Shown here piece after piece: positions 9,304 to 17,766 of a stretch of DNA of 64,000 nucleotides. Below the pieces are notes generated by a model. It searched no databases, was not told the origin of the DNA, and saw only the letters and a list, made by a program, of their open reading frames with translations. Location of the stretch: sequence record NC_049850.1; one strand, 5' to 3'. Position 1 is the first letter of the stretch; each line of letters starts with the position of its first letter. Made by a program: the position numbers and the translations under genes.

Positions 9304-10677
9304 ATGGCAACAAAAGCAAGCCCACGTGCCGAACTAGCGGCGCTCCGGGCCATGACGCACAAAGACAAGCGGGTGAGCGGAACCCTTCTCTCGCTGGTCG
9401 ACGAATCGTACTTCCATTACACCGAAAGCCAAGAAGTCTATCAGGCGATCTTGCGTCACATGCGGGAAACCGGGACAACCCCGGCCTACCGTATCCTGAT
9501 CGAGGACCCACAGGTCTCGGAGCAGAGCCGGAAGTTCCTGCGGGACAGCCAGCCAACCGTCACCAACATCGACGAGGCGACGAAGACGGCACGCCTGCTC
9601 AACAAGTACAGGCAAATCCGGGGTCTGGAAGAGTTGGCCGTCCAGATCGACCAGACGCTGAACGCGAAGGGCAAACTCGATGTGAGTGCGCTGCTCGAAA
9701 ACGTGGCGACTGGACTGGCAACGACCCGCAGCACCAAGAGCACGAAGGACTCGTTCACGCACTTCGGTGTCGGCAACAACGCGACGGCAATGGTCAAGGA
9801 CTTGCTGTATGGTGAGGACAACGATGAGATCATACCGACCGGCATACCCGAATTCGACCGTCGGTCCGGGGGCATTGCGCGCGGCGCAATGTTCAGCATC
9901 GCCGCGACTTCGGGTGCAGGTAAGTCGACAATGGCAAACGCGCTGGCCATCAACATGGCGACCATGGGCTACAAGGTGCTGATGGTGCCGCTCGAAATGA
10001 GCACCAAGGAAATGACGGCGCGGACGATGGCCAACATCGGTGACTTCGATGTCACGGACATCCTGCGCAAGAAGCTGGCGGCAGGCGAGCGCGATTTGGT
10101 GATGAAGCGGTACAAGCGGTGGGCCAAGAAGGTGAAGGACGCGGGTGGCCGTTACACGATTTTCAAGCCCGACATGGACATGACAATCGAAGAGGTGGTG
10201 GCCGCCACCAACGCGTACGATGTGGATGTCATGATCATCGACTATATCTCGCTGCTGAAGGGCGCTGACGGTGATGATCAGTGGCGTCAACTGGGGAGCA
10301 TCGCCCGATACGCGAAGATCAACGCGGAATCCACGAACCGGGTCAACATCTTGCTCTGTCAGTTGAGCGAAGACGGGAAAATCCGGTATTCGCGAGCCAT
10401 CAACGAGCACAGCAACAACGCGTGGACGTGGGCCCCGACGAAGGAGCAGAAGGAAACGGGGCTCGTGACCATCGAGCAGCCGAAGTCGCGTAACTCGGAG
10501 CCGTTCCCGTTCCCGGTGCGCATCAACTACTCGCGTATGCGGGTCGAGCAGGCACCTCAGTCCGACGATCTGGGTGAACCGGGGGCGCTCGGCGCACCTG
10601 TGTCAACCGATCCAAAGTCTGAGCAGAGACGCAAACGTGCGAAAGAAGTGCCAAACTTGGCGGACATGAGTGATTAA
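9304..10677 (+). CDS. dnaB: DnaB-like replicative DNA helicase (SF4)
   Basis: Walker A AATSGAGKS, PLEMS, Walker B IIDYISLL, LCQLS; DnaB-type N-terminal helical domain. Confidence 0.9.
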   Translation: MATKASPRAELAALRAMTHKDKRVSGTLLSLVDESYFHYTESQEVYQAILRHMRETGTTPAYRILIEDPQVSEQSRKFLRDSQPTVTNIDEATKTARLLNKYRQIRGLEELAVQIDQTLNAKGKLDVSALLENVATGLATTRSTKSTKDSFTHFGVGNNATAMVKDLLYGEDNDEIIPTGIPEFDRRSGGIARGAMFSIAATSGAGKSTMANALAINMATMGYKVLMVPLEMSTKEMTARTMANIGDFDVTDILRKKLAAGERDLVMKRYKRWAKKVKDAGGRYTIFKPDMDMTIEEVVAATNAYDVDVMIIDYISLLKGADGDDQWRQLGSIARYAKINAESTNRVNILLCQLSEDGKIRYSRAINEHSNNAWTWAPTKEQKETGLVTIEQPKSRNSEPFPFPVRINYSRMRVEQAPQSDDLGEPGALGAPVSTDPKSEQRRKRAKEVPNLADMSD

Positions 10678-10689
10678 CCGGAGAAGAGA

Positions 10690-10860
10690 GTGAGTTACCA
10701 CCCGTACTGCGCCGACGAAGGATTCGAGATTCTTGGGTCCTTCAACGAATTGCCGCCCGATCACTGGCTGCGCAAGCCCGCCCCGCACGTGGTGGACGCC
10801 CTATGGCGGTCTGTAGACGCCCAACGTAATGCTGAACACGAGATCAAGGTATATGAGTGA
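10690..10860 (+). CDS. small hypothetical protein (56 aa, not in ORF track)
   Basis: GTG start after GGAGAAGAGA; MSYHPYCADEGFEIL...; read by hand. Confidence 0.6.
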   Translation: MSYHPYCADEGFEILGSFNELPPDHWLRKPAPHVVDALWRSVDAQRNAEHEIKVYE

Positions 10861-11008
10861 TTTTTGGAGCGCTGGCCACGAGGCCGACACGATCAAGAAG
10901 CTGCGCCAACTGGGCATCAGCCCCCGGTTCTGGGAGAGTGAGCCCACGTCGTTTGAGGACGCGCTCGACAGGTTCTGGCGCAGTGCCGATGACTGGAGAG
11001 ACGTATGA
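10853..11008 (+). CDS. small hypothetical protein (51 aa, not in ORF track)
   Basis: MSDFWSAGHEADTIKKLRQLG...; ATGA overlap with the next gene. Confidence 0.6.
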   Translation: MSDFWSAGHEADTIKKLRQLGISPRFWESEPTSFEDALDRFWRSADDWRDV

Positions 11009-11376
11009 GTCAACTAGGAATCCCGCCTACCGCCCTATATCTGGACGAGAAGACGACACGCACGCTCCATGACGTGAAGTCGCATCCGCGTCCGTTTCAG
11101 GATGTGTGGGACGGGAACAAGCGGGCGGAAGTACGCGTCAACGACCGCGATTACGGGCAAGGGGACGCGCTGCTGATCCGTGAATACGATCCGGGGCCCC
11201 GACCGTGGGACCGGCATTCCGCTTTCTATACGGGCCGCGAGATCGTGGCGATCATCACCCACGTGCAGCAGGGTTATGGACTGCCTCCAGACCTCGTGGT
11301 ACTCAGCATCGACGTGGTGGACCGGCAAGAACGTCCTGTCCTTAGCGGGGTTAAGGAAGAACGCAAAATTTTTTGA
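11005..11376 (+). CDS. ASCH/PUA-like (DUF3850-type) domain protein
   Basis: HDVKSHPRPFQDVWDGNKRAEVRVNDRDYGQGDALLIREY is the family signature. Confidence 0.85.
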   Translation: MSQLGIPPTALYLDEKTTRTLHDVKSHPRPFQDVWDGNKRAEVRVNDRDYGQGDALLIREYDPGPRPWDRHSAFYTGREIVAIITHVQQGYGLPPDLVVLSIDVVDRQERPVLSGVKEERKIF

Positions 11377-11412
11377 GCCCCGTATAAACGTTTCACCGTA
11401 GAAATGAAAACG

Positions 11413-11454
11413 AAAAAGCCCCGTGCAACTCAATCGGTTGCACGGGGCTTTTTT
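11413..11454. terminator. bidirectional Rho-independent terminator
   Basis: Perfect 17-bp inverted repeat AAAAAGCCCCGTGCAAC / GTTGCACGGGGCTTTTT with a 7-nt loop. Confidence 0.9.
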
Positions 11455-11466
11455 ATGGGCTATGAT
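11438..11466 (+). promoter_or_regulatory. sigma70-like promoter overlapping the terminator
   Basis: TTGCAC-N17-TATGAT, then 6 nt and ATCGAC. Confidence 0.7.
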
Positions 11467-11497
11467 ACGCATATCGACTACTCACAAGGAGCAGACC

Positions 11498-12001
11498 ATG
11501 AACTTCGAAATCCACTACGCTCCGGCTTCCACCGTCGACGGACTGCGCCGTGGCACGCTCATGAGCTATTCGTACCTGACGGGGAGCCCACGCACCCGGC
11601 CCGTGGTCCCGCACCACGTGTATCTGTTCGTAGATGCGGATAACGAGGACAACCAGCAACTGGTGTTGATCACGGCTGTAGAGGAAGAGGATACGGGATG
11701 GACGAAGGTGAGTGCACGCGCCGTCCACACGCAGGCAGGTGAGGTTACGGAAGAACGACCGGCACGCGGTATGAGTCTGGTGCAGCATGTGCAACTCGTG
11801 CTGGATGGTCCGGGCTCCGATAAACTCGATCCATATGTCCGATTCCACCTCGAACGCGGGATCGCGTGCGCCCGGTCCCAAACCCCGGTTCTCGAAGAGC
11901 AGGAGCGTGCGTCACTGAAGCGTGCGGTCGAGGCGTTGAAGAAAATGGGATGGGCAAAGGATTACGAGGTGGTGAAGAACTTCGTCGACCGCTCTCAGTA
12001 A
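11498..12001 (+). CDS. hypothetical protein
   Basis: AAGGAG SD; MNFEIHYAP... Confidence 0.8.
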   Translation: MNFEIHYAPASTVDGLRRGTLMSYSYLTGSPRTRPVVPHHVYLFVDADNEDNQQLVLITAVEEEDTGWTKVSARAVHTQAGEVTEERPARGMSLVQHVQLVLDGPGSDKLDPYVRFHLERGIACARSQTPVLEEQERASLKRAVEALKKMGWAKDYEVVKNFVDRSQ

Positions 12002-12007
12002 AGCCCA

Positions 12008-13561
12008 CTACACCAGATATGGGGAATCCACGACCCGCACCGGCTTCTTCTTGCCCTTGATCGCAAGCATAGAATTCACGGTTCTGGATTCCCTGCGCTT
12101 TTCATCCGCCTGCTTTACCATCCCCGGGTTCTGTCGACGTGCCTTAGCGATTTTCTGTGCACGCTCGTCGACGATCACCCTAGCCAGTTTCCCGCGCGTC
12201 ACCAGCACACCCGTCTTTCGCTCGATCTCGCGCCCCAGCTTCCGCTGGCTTGTCCGGATTTCACCAGCCTTTGCTGCCTGCTTGAGAGAATCGAGGACAG
12301 ACGCCGCCAACTCTTCTTTCGCCTTCTTCCTGTCCACAGCATCCTGTGTCTTGGCCTTGGCCCGGGCCTTGACCACCTTCTTCTTCACCTTTGGCTTGTG
12401 GAGTTCCTGTACCTCAGCCTCACTGAGTTCCTGCATGTCGGACTCAAGTTCGGGGGCTTTCCGATGCTGGTGACCTACGCCCAACAGTTTGTCCTGCTCG
12501 TGGCGTCGACGTGCCGAATCCCGTTGTTTTGCTGCCGTGCTGCCTGCCTTTTTCGGTCTCCCGCCCTTGTTCTTCTCAAGCACAGGAATCGGTTCTGTGG
12601 ATAGTTGGGATTCCGATCCAGTTCCGTCCGCGTGAACCACGTCAATCCAGTCTGCAAACGGGTCGATTCCCACGCCAATCGTGGTGGAGTTCTGGGATTG
12701 TACAGGATTCCTGTGCTTCTCACCCTCGGCCGTAACGCCCACGCCAGCAGCCCCAATATCACCAAACAAGTCACTGAGTTCCTTGTCGGATTGTGTTGGT
12801 GTGCCCGTGCCCGTCTGGGCCCCGATGGGTGTGCTATAACTGGACACCGATTGCTTTGGGGTCGTGAGTTCCTGTGAATTAGCGTCGATCACCCCGTTTC
12901 GGTTAGAGAGCGTGGATTCGAGCATCAGGACCCTCGATTCAGCTAGTTCTGCCCGCTGTTCGGCATCGAGACGGGCCTGATCCTGTGGATCGATCTCTAG
13001 CCCCTGTTGGGTGGCCTGTAGTGCTCGTAGCGCATAGTTTTCTTCATTAAAAATTGGCGCTACGGGCCTCTTTTTAGGCTTTGTGCGTGGATACACAGGA
13101 TCAGTAGATTGAGCGGGCACCGGTTTAATGAGGTGTTTTACGCCACCCGATTCGGACTCCGAAATATCGAGCATGAAGTCGTCATCGAGTTCACCAGATG
13201 CTTGGGAGTCCTCACGAACTTCGGGGCCCGGGCCCCATTCCCAGTCGTCCGCGTCCTCATCATCGTAGGAGTCCTGAGCAAGTGCGCACACACGCTTAGC
13301 ACCCCCGATTTCCGAGATCGCGAGGTTGAGGTTCAGGGCGTGGAATTCGGCACCAGATTCACAGGGCTCACGCAAGACCGTGGGCTTCACCCCCATGTCG
13401 TGGAGCCGGGCGACCGTGGGATCGTGCATGAGACTCGACATCCGGATCGGCTGGTCTCCGTGCTGGACGAGCGCGAGAATCGGTTTGTTGGTGAAAGTGT
13501 AGCCCTGCACCGTGAACGAGCCGGGATGGGTGGGATCGAGTAAAATAATCAGATGTTGCAT
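12008..13561 (-). CDS. hypothetical protein (517 aa): acidic N-terminal half, disordered linker, basic C-terminus with possible HTH
   Basis: Only long ORF in this stretch; atypical A/T-ending codons; only minus-strand gene in the first 34.8 kb. Confidence 0.75.
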   Translation of the reverse strand: MQHLIILLDPTHPGSFTVQGYTFTNKPILALVQHGDQPIRMSSLMHDPTVARLHDMGVKPTVLREPCESGAEFHALNLNLAISEIGGAKRVCALAQDSYDDEDADDWEWGPGPEVREDSQASGELDDDFMLDISESESGGVKHLIKPVPAQSTDPVYPRTKPKKRPVAPIFNEENYALRALQATQQGLEIDPQDQARLDAEQRAELAESRVLMLESTLSNRNGVIDANSQELTTPKQSVSSYSTPIGAQTGTGTPTQSDKELSDLFGDIGAAGVGVTAEGEKHRNPVQSQNSTTIGVGIDPFADWIDVVHADGTGSESQLSTEPIPVLEKNKGGRPKKAGSTAAKQRDSARRRHEQDKLLGVGHQHRKAPELESDMQELSEAEVQELHKPKVKKKVVKARAKAKTQDAVDRKKAKEELAASVLDSLKQAAKAGEIRTSQRKLGREIERKTGVLVTRGKLARVIVDERAQKIAKARRQNPGMVKQADEKRRESRTVNSMLAIKGKKKPVRVVDSPYLV

Positions 13562-13618
13562 TTTTGTACCTATCTGTGTTATTGTTGGTCTACATGAAAT
13601 TAGTGGAAGTGAGGAACT

Positions 13619-13861
13619 ATGAGCGTACAGATGATGCGGGTCAGACAGGAACTGGAGGCCACTGTTGTTGCGGAATACGGGCCCGGGGCCGAGGACGAAG
13701 AAATTACGATGACGCGGTATGAATTGCTGCTGCTGATGCAGGTGGGGGTTCGTCGTGTGGCGGCCCGGGACCCCGATTTGTCGTTTTTGGTGCGTGAGGG
13801 GCTGGGGCTTGGGGCCCGGGTCGAGCGTTCTAGGGTTCGGGATAAGTGGAGTAGGATTTGA
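13619..13861 (+). CDS. hypothetical protein
   Basis: GAGG SD; divergent from the 12008-13561 gene. Confidence 0.55.
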   Translation: MSVQMMRVRQELEATVVAEYGPGAEDEEITMTRYELLLLMQVGVRRVAARDPDLSFLVREGLGLGARVERSRVRDKWSRI

Positions 13862-13886
13862 CAGGCGTGGAAAAGTTGGGTAAGAT
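13858..13886 (+). promoter_or_regulatory. sigma70-like promoter
   Basis: TTGACA-N17-TAAGAT. Confidence 0.75.
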
Positions 13887-13948
13887 CGGCCAATGTTGAA
13901 TTAACTGGATTGGCGTGTTGAGCGCCAGCGAAACTACTGGGAGGTGTT

Positions 13949-14764
13949 ATGTCGGATCAGGTGAATGGTGAGTTGGGGGTTGGTGAGTTGGGTGATGAAC
14001 GCAGTGAATCACTCAAGGGCGAGTTGGGGGCTGGTTGTGGTCTTTATGACTTTTTCGTCGCATTCAGCAACTGGCTGGAGCGCGGCGAGTCCCAGCAATC
14101 TCTCGAACACGGCCTCGGATTCTCGCGCTATTATGGCCTGTGTTCCAATCTCAACAAGTGGCTGCTTGATCGGGACCATCGACTTTTCGGGACCGACCAA
14201 CACGGTCAACCGAGGGGCTGCTTATGGTACGCACGCGTCGACGAGTTTCAACGGGCACTCCAAGCGCTGTTTGCTGATCGCGGGCTGGATCGTGCGACAC
14301 CGTTTGATGCTGACGAACTGGCGTACGAGCGCGCGGCGCAAGACCATACTCTATACGTCAATCAGGGACGCCTCTCGTTCATCCGCGAAGCATGTGCCGG
14401 ACGCACGCTGACCACCAGCCAGATCGAGCGTGCTGTCGACGCGTTCTACATCGATATCGACAAGGCGGCTCCCCGGATCACGCGGCACACCAAGCGTGAG
14501 TTGTTCGAGCCCGTGTACGGCCTGTGCCAGAATTTCGTGTTCTGGCAGCGTGCGCAAGGCGTTGAGCGATCACGCGTGCGCACGTTCCTGAACCGGGAGC
14601 TTACTCGTGAGTTCACGGCCGCTGGTATGGATTCTCTGTACCCGTTCAACGCGGGCCGCGCAGAAAAGTACAACGCGGAAGAAAACACGTTCCTGAACCC
14701 GCGACGCCGCAAGTGGATTCGTGATCGCGCGGCCGTCGCCCTCGTACGTATGGGGGTCAAGTGA
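13949..14764 (+). CDS. protein with two internal repeats (GLCxN...PF...N..R family)
   Basis: GGGAGG SD; repeats YGLCSNL...TPFDA...NQGRLSFIR and YGLCQNF...YPFNA...NPRRRKWIR. Confidence 0.8.
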   Translation: MSDQVNGELGVGELGDERSESLKGELGAGCGLYDFFVAFSNWLERGESQQSLEHGLGFSRYYGLCSNLNKWLLDRDHRLFGTDQHGQPRGCLWYARVDEFQRALQALFADRGLDRATPFDADELAYERAAQDHTLYVNQGRLSFIREACAGRTLTTSQIERAVDAFYIDIDKAAPRITRHTKRELFEPVYGLCQNFVFWQRAQGVERSRVRTFLNRELTREFTAAGMDSLYPFNAGRAEKYNAEENTFLNPRRRKWIRDRAAVALVRMGVK

Positions 14765-15174
14765 GTTACCAGCTTTCGATGGATGATGTTCTGGGGCTGG
14801 GCCACGGCATGCACCACATGGAAACGCGTCGGGGCATGATGACGAAAGCAGAGCCTGAACCGACCCCGGCCACGCGTCCGAAGCGCGTGAACAAGGTGTT
14901 CAGGGATCGGACGATTCGTATCAGCGCCGTGGACATGGATAAGCTGGCATGGACCTATGCCGAGTATCTGGAGTCCGACTGCCCCGATGCCGAGAAGGAT
15001 GCGGCACTCGATATCGCGCACCTGATGCTCAAAGTGCTCGACCAGATTACGGACATCCGTAAGCATCCGAAATACGTAGAAACCAGCGACGATTACGCGG
15101 AGGCCGAGGCCCAAGCCGAGCGCGAACGCAGAGCCCGGCGCGCTAAGCGTGGACAAAACACACAGGAGAAATGA
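14761..15174 (+). CDS. hypothetical protein
   Basis: GTGA overlap. Confidence 0.7.
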   Translation: MSYQLSMDDVLGLGHGMHHMETRRGMMTKAEPEPTPATRPKRVNKVFRDRTIRISAVDMDKLAWTYAEYLESDCPDAEKDAALDIAHLMLKVLDQITDIRKHPKYVETSDDYAEAEAQAERERRARRAKRGQNTQEK

Positions 15175-15551
15175 GTATGGCAGAATGGAACAAGCACCAC
15201 GGCCGCCCTCTCGACCGTAGCGCGTGGACGCCGGAAGAGCATTCGATCATGGATGCCCACGAAATGAGCACGGCCCTCGAATATCTGGTTCGCTCAGCCT
15301 ACAAGCTGGGCAAAATCGCGGAATCTGGCGTCGAGGTCCTGCCCATCGAGTTCCCGTTCGAGTACTCGGGCTACCGACTGGCCGCCGCGCTGGTAATGAA
15401 CCACGACGTGGACGCGTACTACCTCGAAACCGGGATAATTGACCCGCTGGTCGAGGCGCTTCAGCGCTACGAGGAAAGTGGTGGTGCAGCCCATATCGGG
15501 TACAAGACTGGGATCATGGGCAACGAGCTTGCACCCGCACCGTATCACTGA
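15171..15551 (+). CDS. hypothetical protein
   Basis: AGGAG SD; ATGA overlap. Confidence 0.75.
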   Translation: MSMAEWNKHHGRPLDRSAWTPEEHSIMDAHEMSTALEYLVRSAYKLGKIAESGVEVLPIEFPFEYSGYRLAAALVMNHDVDAYYLETGIIDPLVEALQRYEESGGAAHIGYKTGIMGNELAPAPYH

Positions 15552-15557
15552 TATAGT
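15529..15557 (+). promoter_or_regulatory. sigma70-like promoter
   Basis: TTGCAC-N17-TATAGT. Confidence 0.6.
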
Positions 15558-15590
15558 CGCATTAGCTCAACATGTAAATGGGAGGTAAAA

Positions 15591-15953
15591 GTGGAAGAAC
15601 CGAAAGCAAAGTTTGTGGAATACCCGGAACTCGTGGGCACGGAGCGATTCGAGGCGTTTGTGGACCAGACACTGGAAAAACACCTCGTCGAGTGGTTCGG
15701 TGAAACGGCGCTCAAAGAAGCCGAGGGCATGATCAATCAAACGCGCATCGCTAGTATGGCGCGTTCGCTGCTCAACAAGTTCCTGTCGTACGCGCGTGTT
15801 GAACAGGGTCCGCTCCTGAAGCCGGACACCGCCATCGACGCGGCACGCGCGTTCGCCAACGTCGAGTTGCGCGCCGACCGCAAGGAACTGACGGACTGGG
15901 AAACCGTGTTCGCGTCCCAACTCGCGCGCCTTCTGGTTCGGGGGCCGCAGTGA
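15591..15953 (+). CDS. hypothetical protein
   Basis: GGGAGG SD, GTG start. Confidence 0.75.
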   Translation: MEEPKAKFVEYPELVGTERFEAFVDQTLEKHLVEWFGETALKEAEGMINQTRIASMARSLLNKFLSYARVEQGPLLKPDTAIDAARAFANVELRADRKELTDWETVFASQLARLLVRGPQ

Positions 15954-16720
15954 TCATGGCATTCATCAACTGGTACAAGAAACTGTCGGGCGGCCGTGCG
16001 AGCCCTATCGCGACCGTCGCAGAGGCAATCAAGCAGGCGGCCCCGGGCCCGGACTCCAAGTACCCGACCGATGTATTCAAGGGTGACCATAAGAAACTGG
16101 TGGAGGAAGCCTCCGCGTTTCTGCGCACCAACAAACCGGGTGCCGAGTTCTACATCAGGACGAGTTCTTGGGCCGAGGATGTGGTGAAGTACGTGCTGGT
16201 GGCCCTGAATCAGGCTGGTCTGTACCCGCTTTATGAGTGGCGGATGGTGGATGTGCTAAAGCGGGAACACCCGATGATCGGCGGCCGATCCAACGACTAC
16301 ATCCACGTGCTGACGGTGCGTGAGCCCGTACCCGCACTTACCGCGACTGACGCACGCGAGGGTGCGGACGACGCTCGCAAGGAACTGCATGCGCGGGCCG
16401 CACGCACGGCCGCCTCGGTGCTGACCGGGATCGATATCGCAGTCGACGCCGCACGTCGACGTGCAGACCTGCGTGCCAAGATCGAGCTTGCGTACGATTA
16501 TCTGGACAACAAAGAGTACGAGAGTGAGCTTCTGCGGCTGCTTCGTAACGAATTGACGGCGCGCGGGTTCCAGTACGAAATCGATATCCAGCGTGTCAGG
16601 ACCGGCATGTACGACCACTCGTGGCGCGTCTGCGGCACCCTCCACTGGGGCAGCGACGCACAGCCGGATTTGTTTGACGAGGTTCCGCAAAAGGTCGTGA
16701 AGGAAGGCCGTGATGGCTAA
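15950..16720 (+). CDS. hypothetical protein
   Basis: 256-aa ORF; GTGA overlap (alternative ATG at 15956). Confidence 0.8.
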   Translation: MIMAFINWYKKLSGGRASPIATVAEAIKQAAPGPDSKYPTDVFKGDHKKLVEEASAFLRTNKPGAEFYIRTSSWAEDVVKYVLVALNQAGLYPLYEWRMVDVLKREHPMIGGRSNDYIHVLTVREPVPALTATDAREGADDARKELHARAARTAASVLTGIDIAVDAARRRADLRAKIELAYDYLDNKEYESELLRLLRNELTARGFQYEIDIQRVRTGMYDHSWRVCGTLHWGSDAQPDLFDEVPQKVVKEGRDG

Positions 16721-17162
16721 GCCGTATTACCGGGTCAGCGCGGAAATCGCTGAGGTGCAGGTCCTGTCGATTCTGTCGAACGAGGTGCAAGTCGAGTACG
16801 ACCGGCTCGTGGCCGAGGCCAACACCAAGTTCTACAAGGGCTGTACCACGGTCATTCGCTCGCACATGGTCCACCACATGCAGAACCTGCTGGACCGGTT
16901 CTATCACTCGGACACGATTGCGGGCTACGTGATCACGTGTGATGACGACACGAATCCGGGCGACGAGTTGCACGGGCTCAACATGCTGATCCAGATTCCG
17001 CCCGGAGGGCAGCGTGGCGACGGTATGGTGGAGCACGTGTTTCGAGGCCGTCGTTCGAATCCGGAAGCGTCCAAGGCGCTTACTAACGCAGTGGCCTACG
17101 CATCGACGGTTCCGTACGAAGGGCCGGTTTCGGATGCTGATCTTTACATGGAGGGTTTTTGA
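16713..17162 (+). CDS. hypothetical protein
   Basis: Coupled ORF with phage codon use. Confidence 0.75.
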   Translation: MAKPYYRVSAEIAEVQVLSILSNEVQVEYDRLVAEANTKFYKGCTTVIRSHMVHHMQNLLDRFYHSDTIAGYVITCDDDTNPGDELHGLNMLIQIPPGGQRGDGMVEHVFRGRRSNPEASKALTNAVAYASTVPYEGPVSDADLYMEGF

Positions 17163-17371
17163 TGAAAGACAAACGTTACGATGCGCGGCTCAAGGAGTAC
17201 GTGGAGAGCCCGGCCCACGTCGAGGCTTTCCTCGACGAGTACGAGGCACTGTGCCAGAAATTTGGCCTGAGTCTCAGCCACGAGGATGCGCACGGTGGTT
17301 TCATCATCGAGGAATTTCACGAATACAACATGAAGTGGGTGCGCGAGGCGTCCATGCAGGTGGCTGAATAA
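17162..17371 (+). CDS. hypothetical protein
   Basis: GGAGG SD; TGATG overlap. Confidence 0.75.
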   Translation: MKDKRYDARLKEYVESPAHVEAFLDEYEALCQKFGLSLSHEDAHGGFIIEEFHEYNMKWVREASMQVAE

Positions 17372-17550
17372 TGGATCGAAGTGACGAGTACTACGAGGGC
17401 TACGAAGCGTTCGCCTTGGGCATGACGGATGCAGATAATCCGTACGCCGCTGGCACCGACGAGGGCATGGACTGGTTCGACGGTCTGGCGGATGCCGAGA
17501 ACGACCACTACAACCCGCCCGAAGAAGGTTCGGCAAAGGAGCGAGCATGA
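17371..17550 (+). CDS. RMF/CrpP-fold-like small protein (59 aa, not in ORF track)
   Basis: MDRSDEYYEGYEAFALGMTDADNPYAAGTDEGMDWFDGLADA...; TAATG and ATGA overlaps. Confidence 0.7.
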   Translation: MDRSDEYYEGYEAFALGMTDADNPYAAGTDEGMDWFDGLADAENDHYNPPEEGSAKERA

Positions 17551-17756
17551 CCCTGATCGAACTGGCAAACAAAGTGAACCAGATGCTGGCAGACGGTGCG
17601 GACCCCAATCTCGTGGTCGGAGGCCCTGATCCGTGTGGTGATCTGCTGTGCGAGTTGCTGGATATCGGACTCGCGCATGGTGCCAATGCCGTACGCCGTG
17701 GCAAACAGCAGTACGTCGAATTACTGGGAATCTGGTCGTTACCGGACCCGAACTAA
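17547..17756 (+). CDS. hypothetical protein
   Basis: AAGGAG SD. Confidence 0.75.
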   Translation: MTLIELANKVNQMLADGADPNLVVGGPDPCGDLLCELLDIGLAHGANAVRRGKQQYVELLGIWSLPDPN

Positions 17757-17766
17757 CGGAGGAAGG

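Noticed and set aside
9304-10677. Intein or intron in the DnaB-like helicase or other replication genes
   Set aside because: Protein lengths are normal, motifs are contiguous, and no splice-junction or homing-endonuclease motifs were seen.
13967-14032. GELG tri-repeat at the N-terminus of the 13949 protein as a functional repeat
   Set aside because: Only three short copies in a G/T-skewed stretch; may be a low-complexity extension, so it is noted only as context for the G4 motif.
17053-17062. GTTCGAATCC, resembling a tRNA T-loop
   Set aside because: Lies inside a coding region with no flanking cloverleaf stems; no tRNA was found anywhere in the window by eye.
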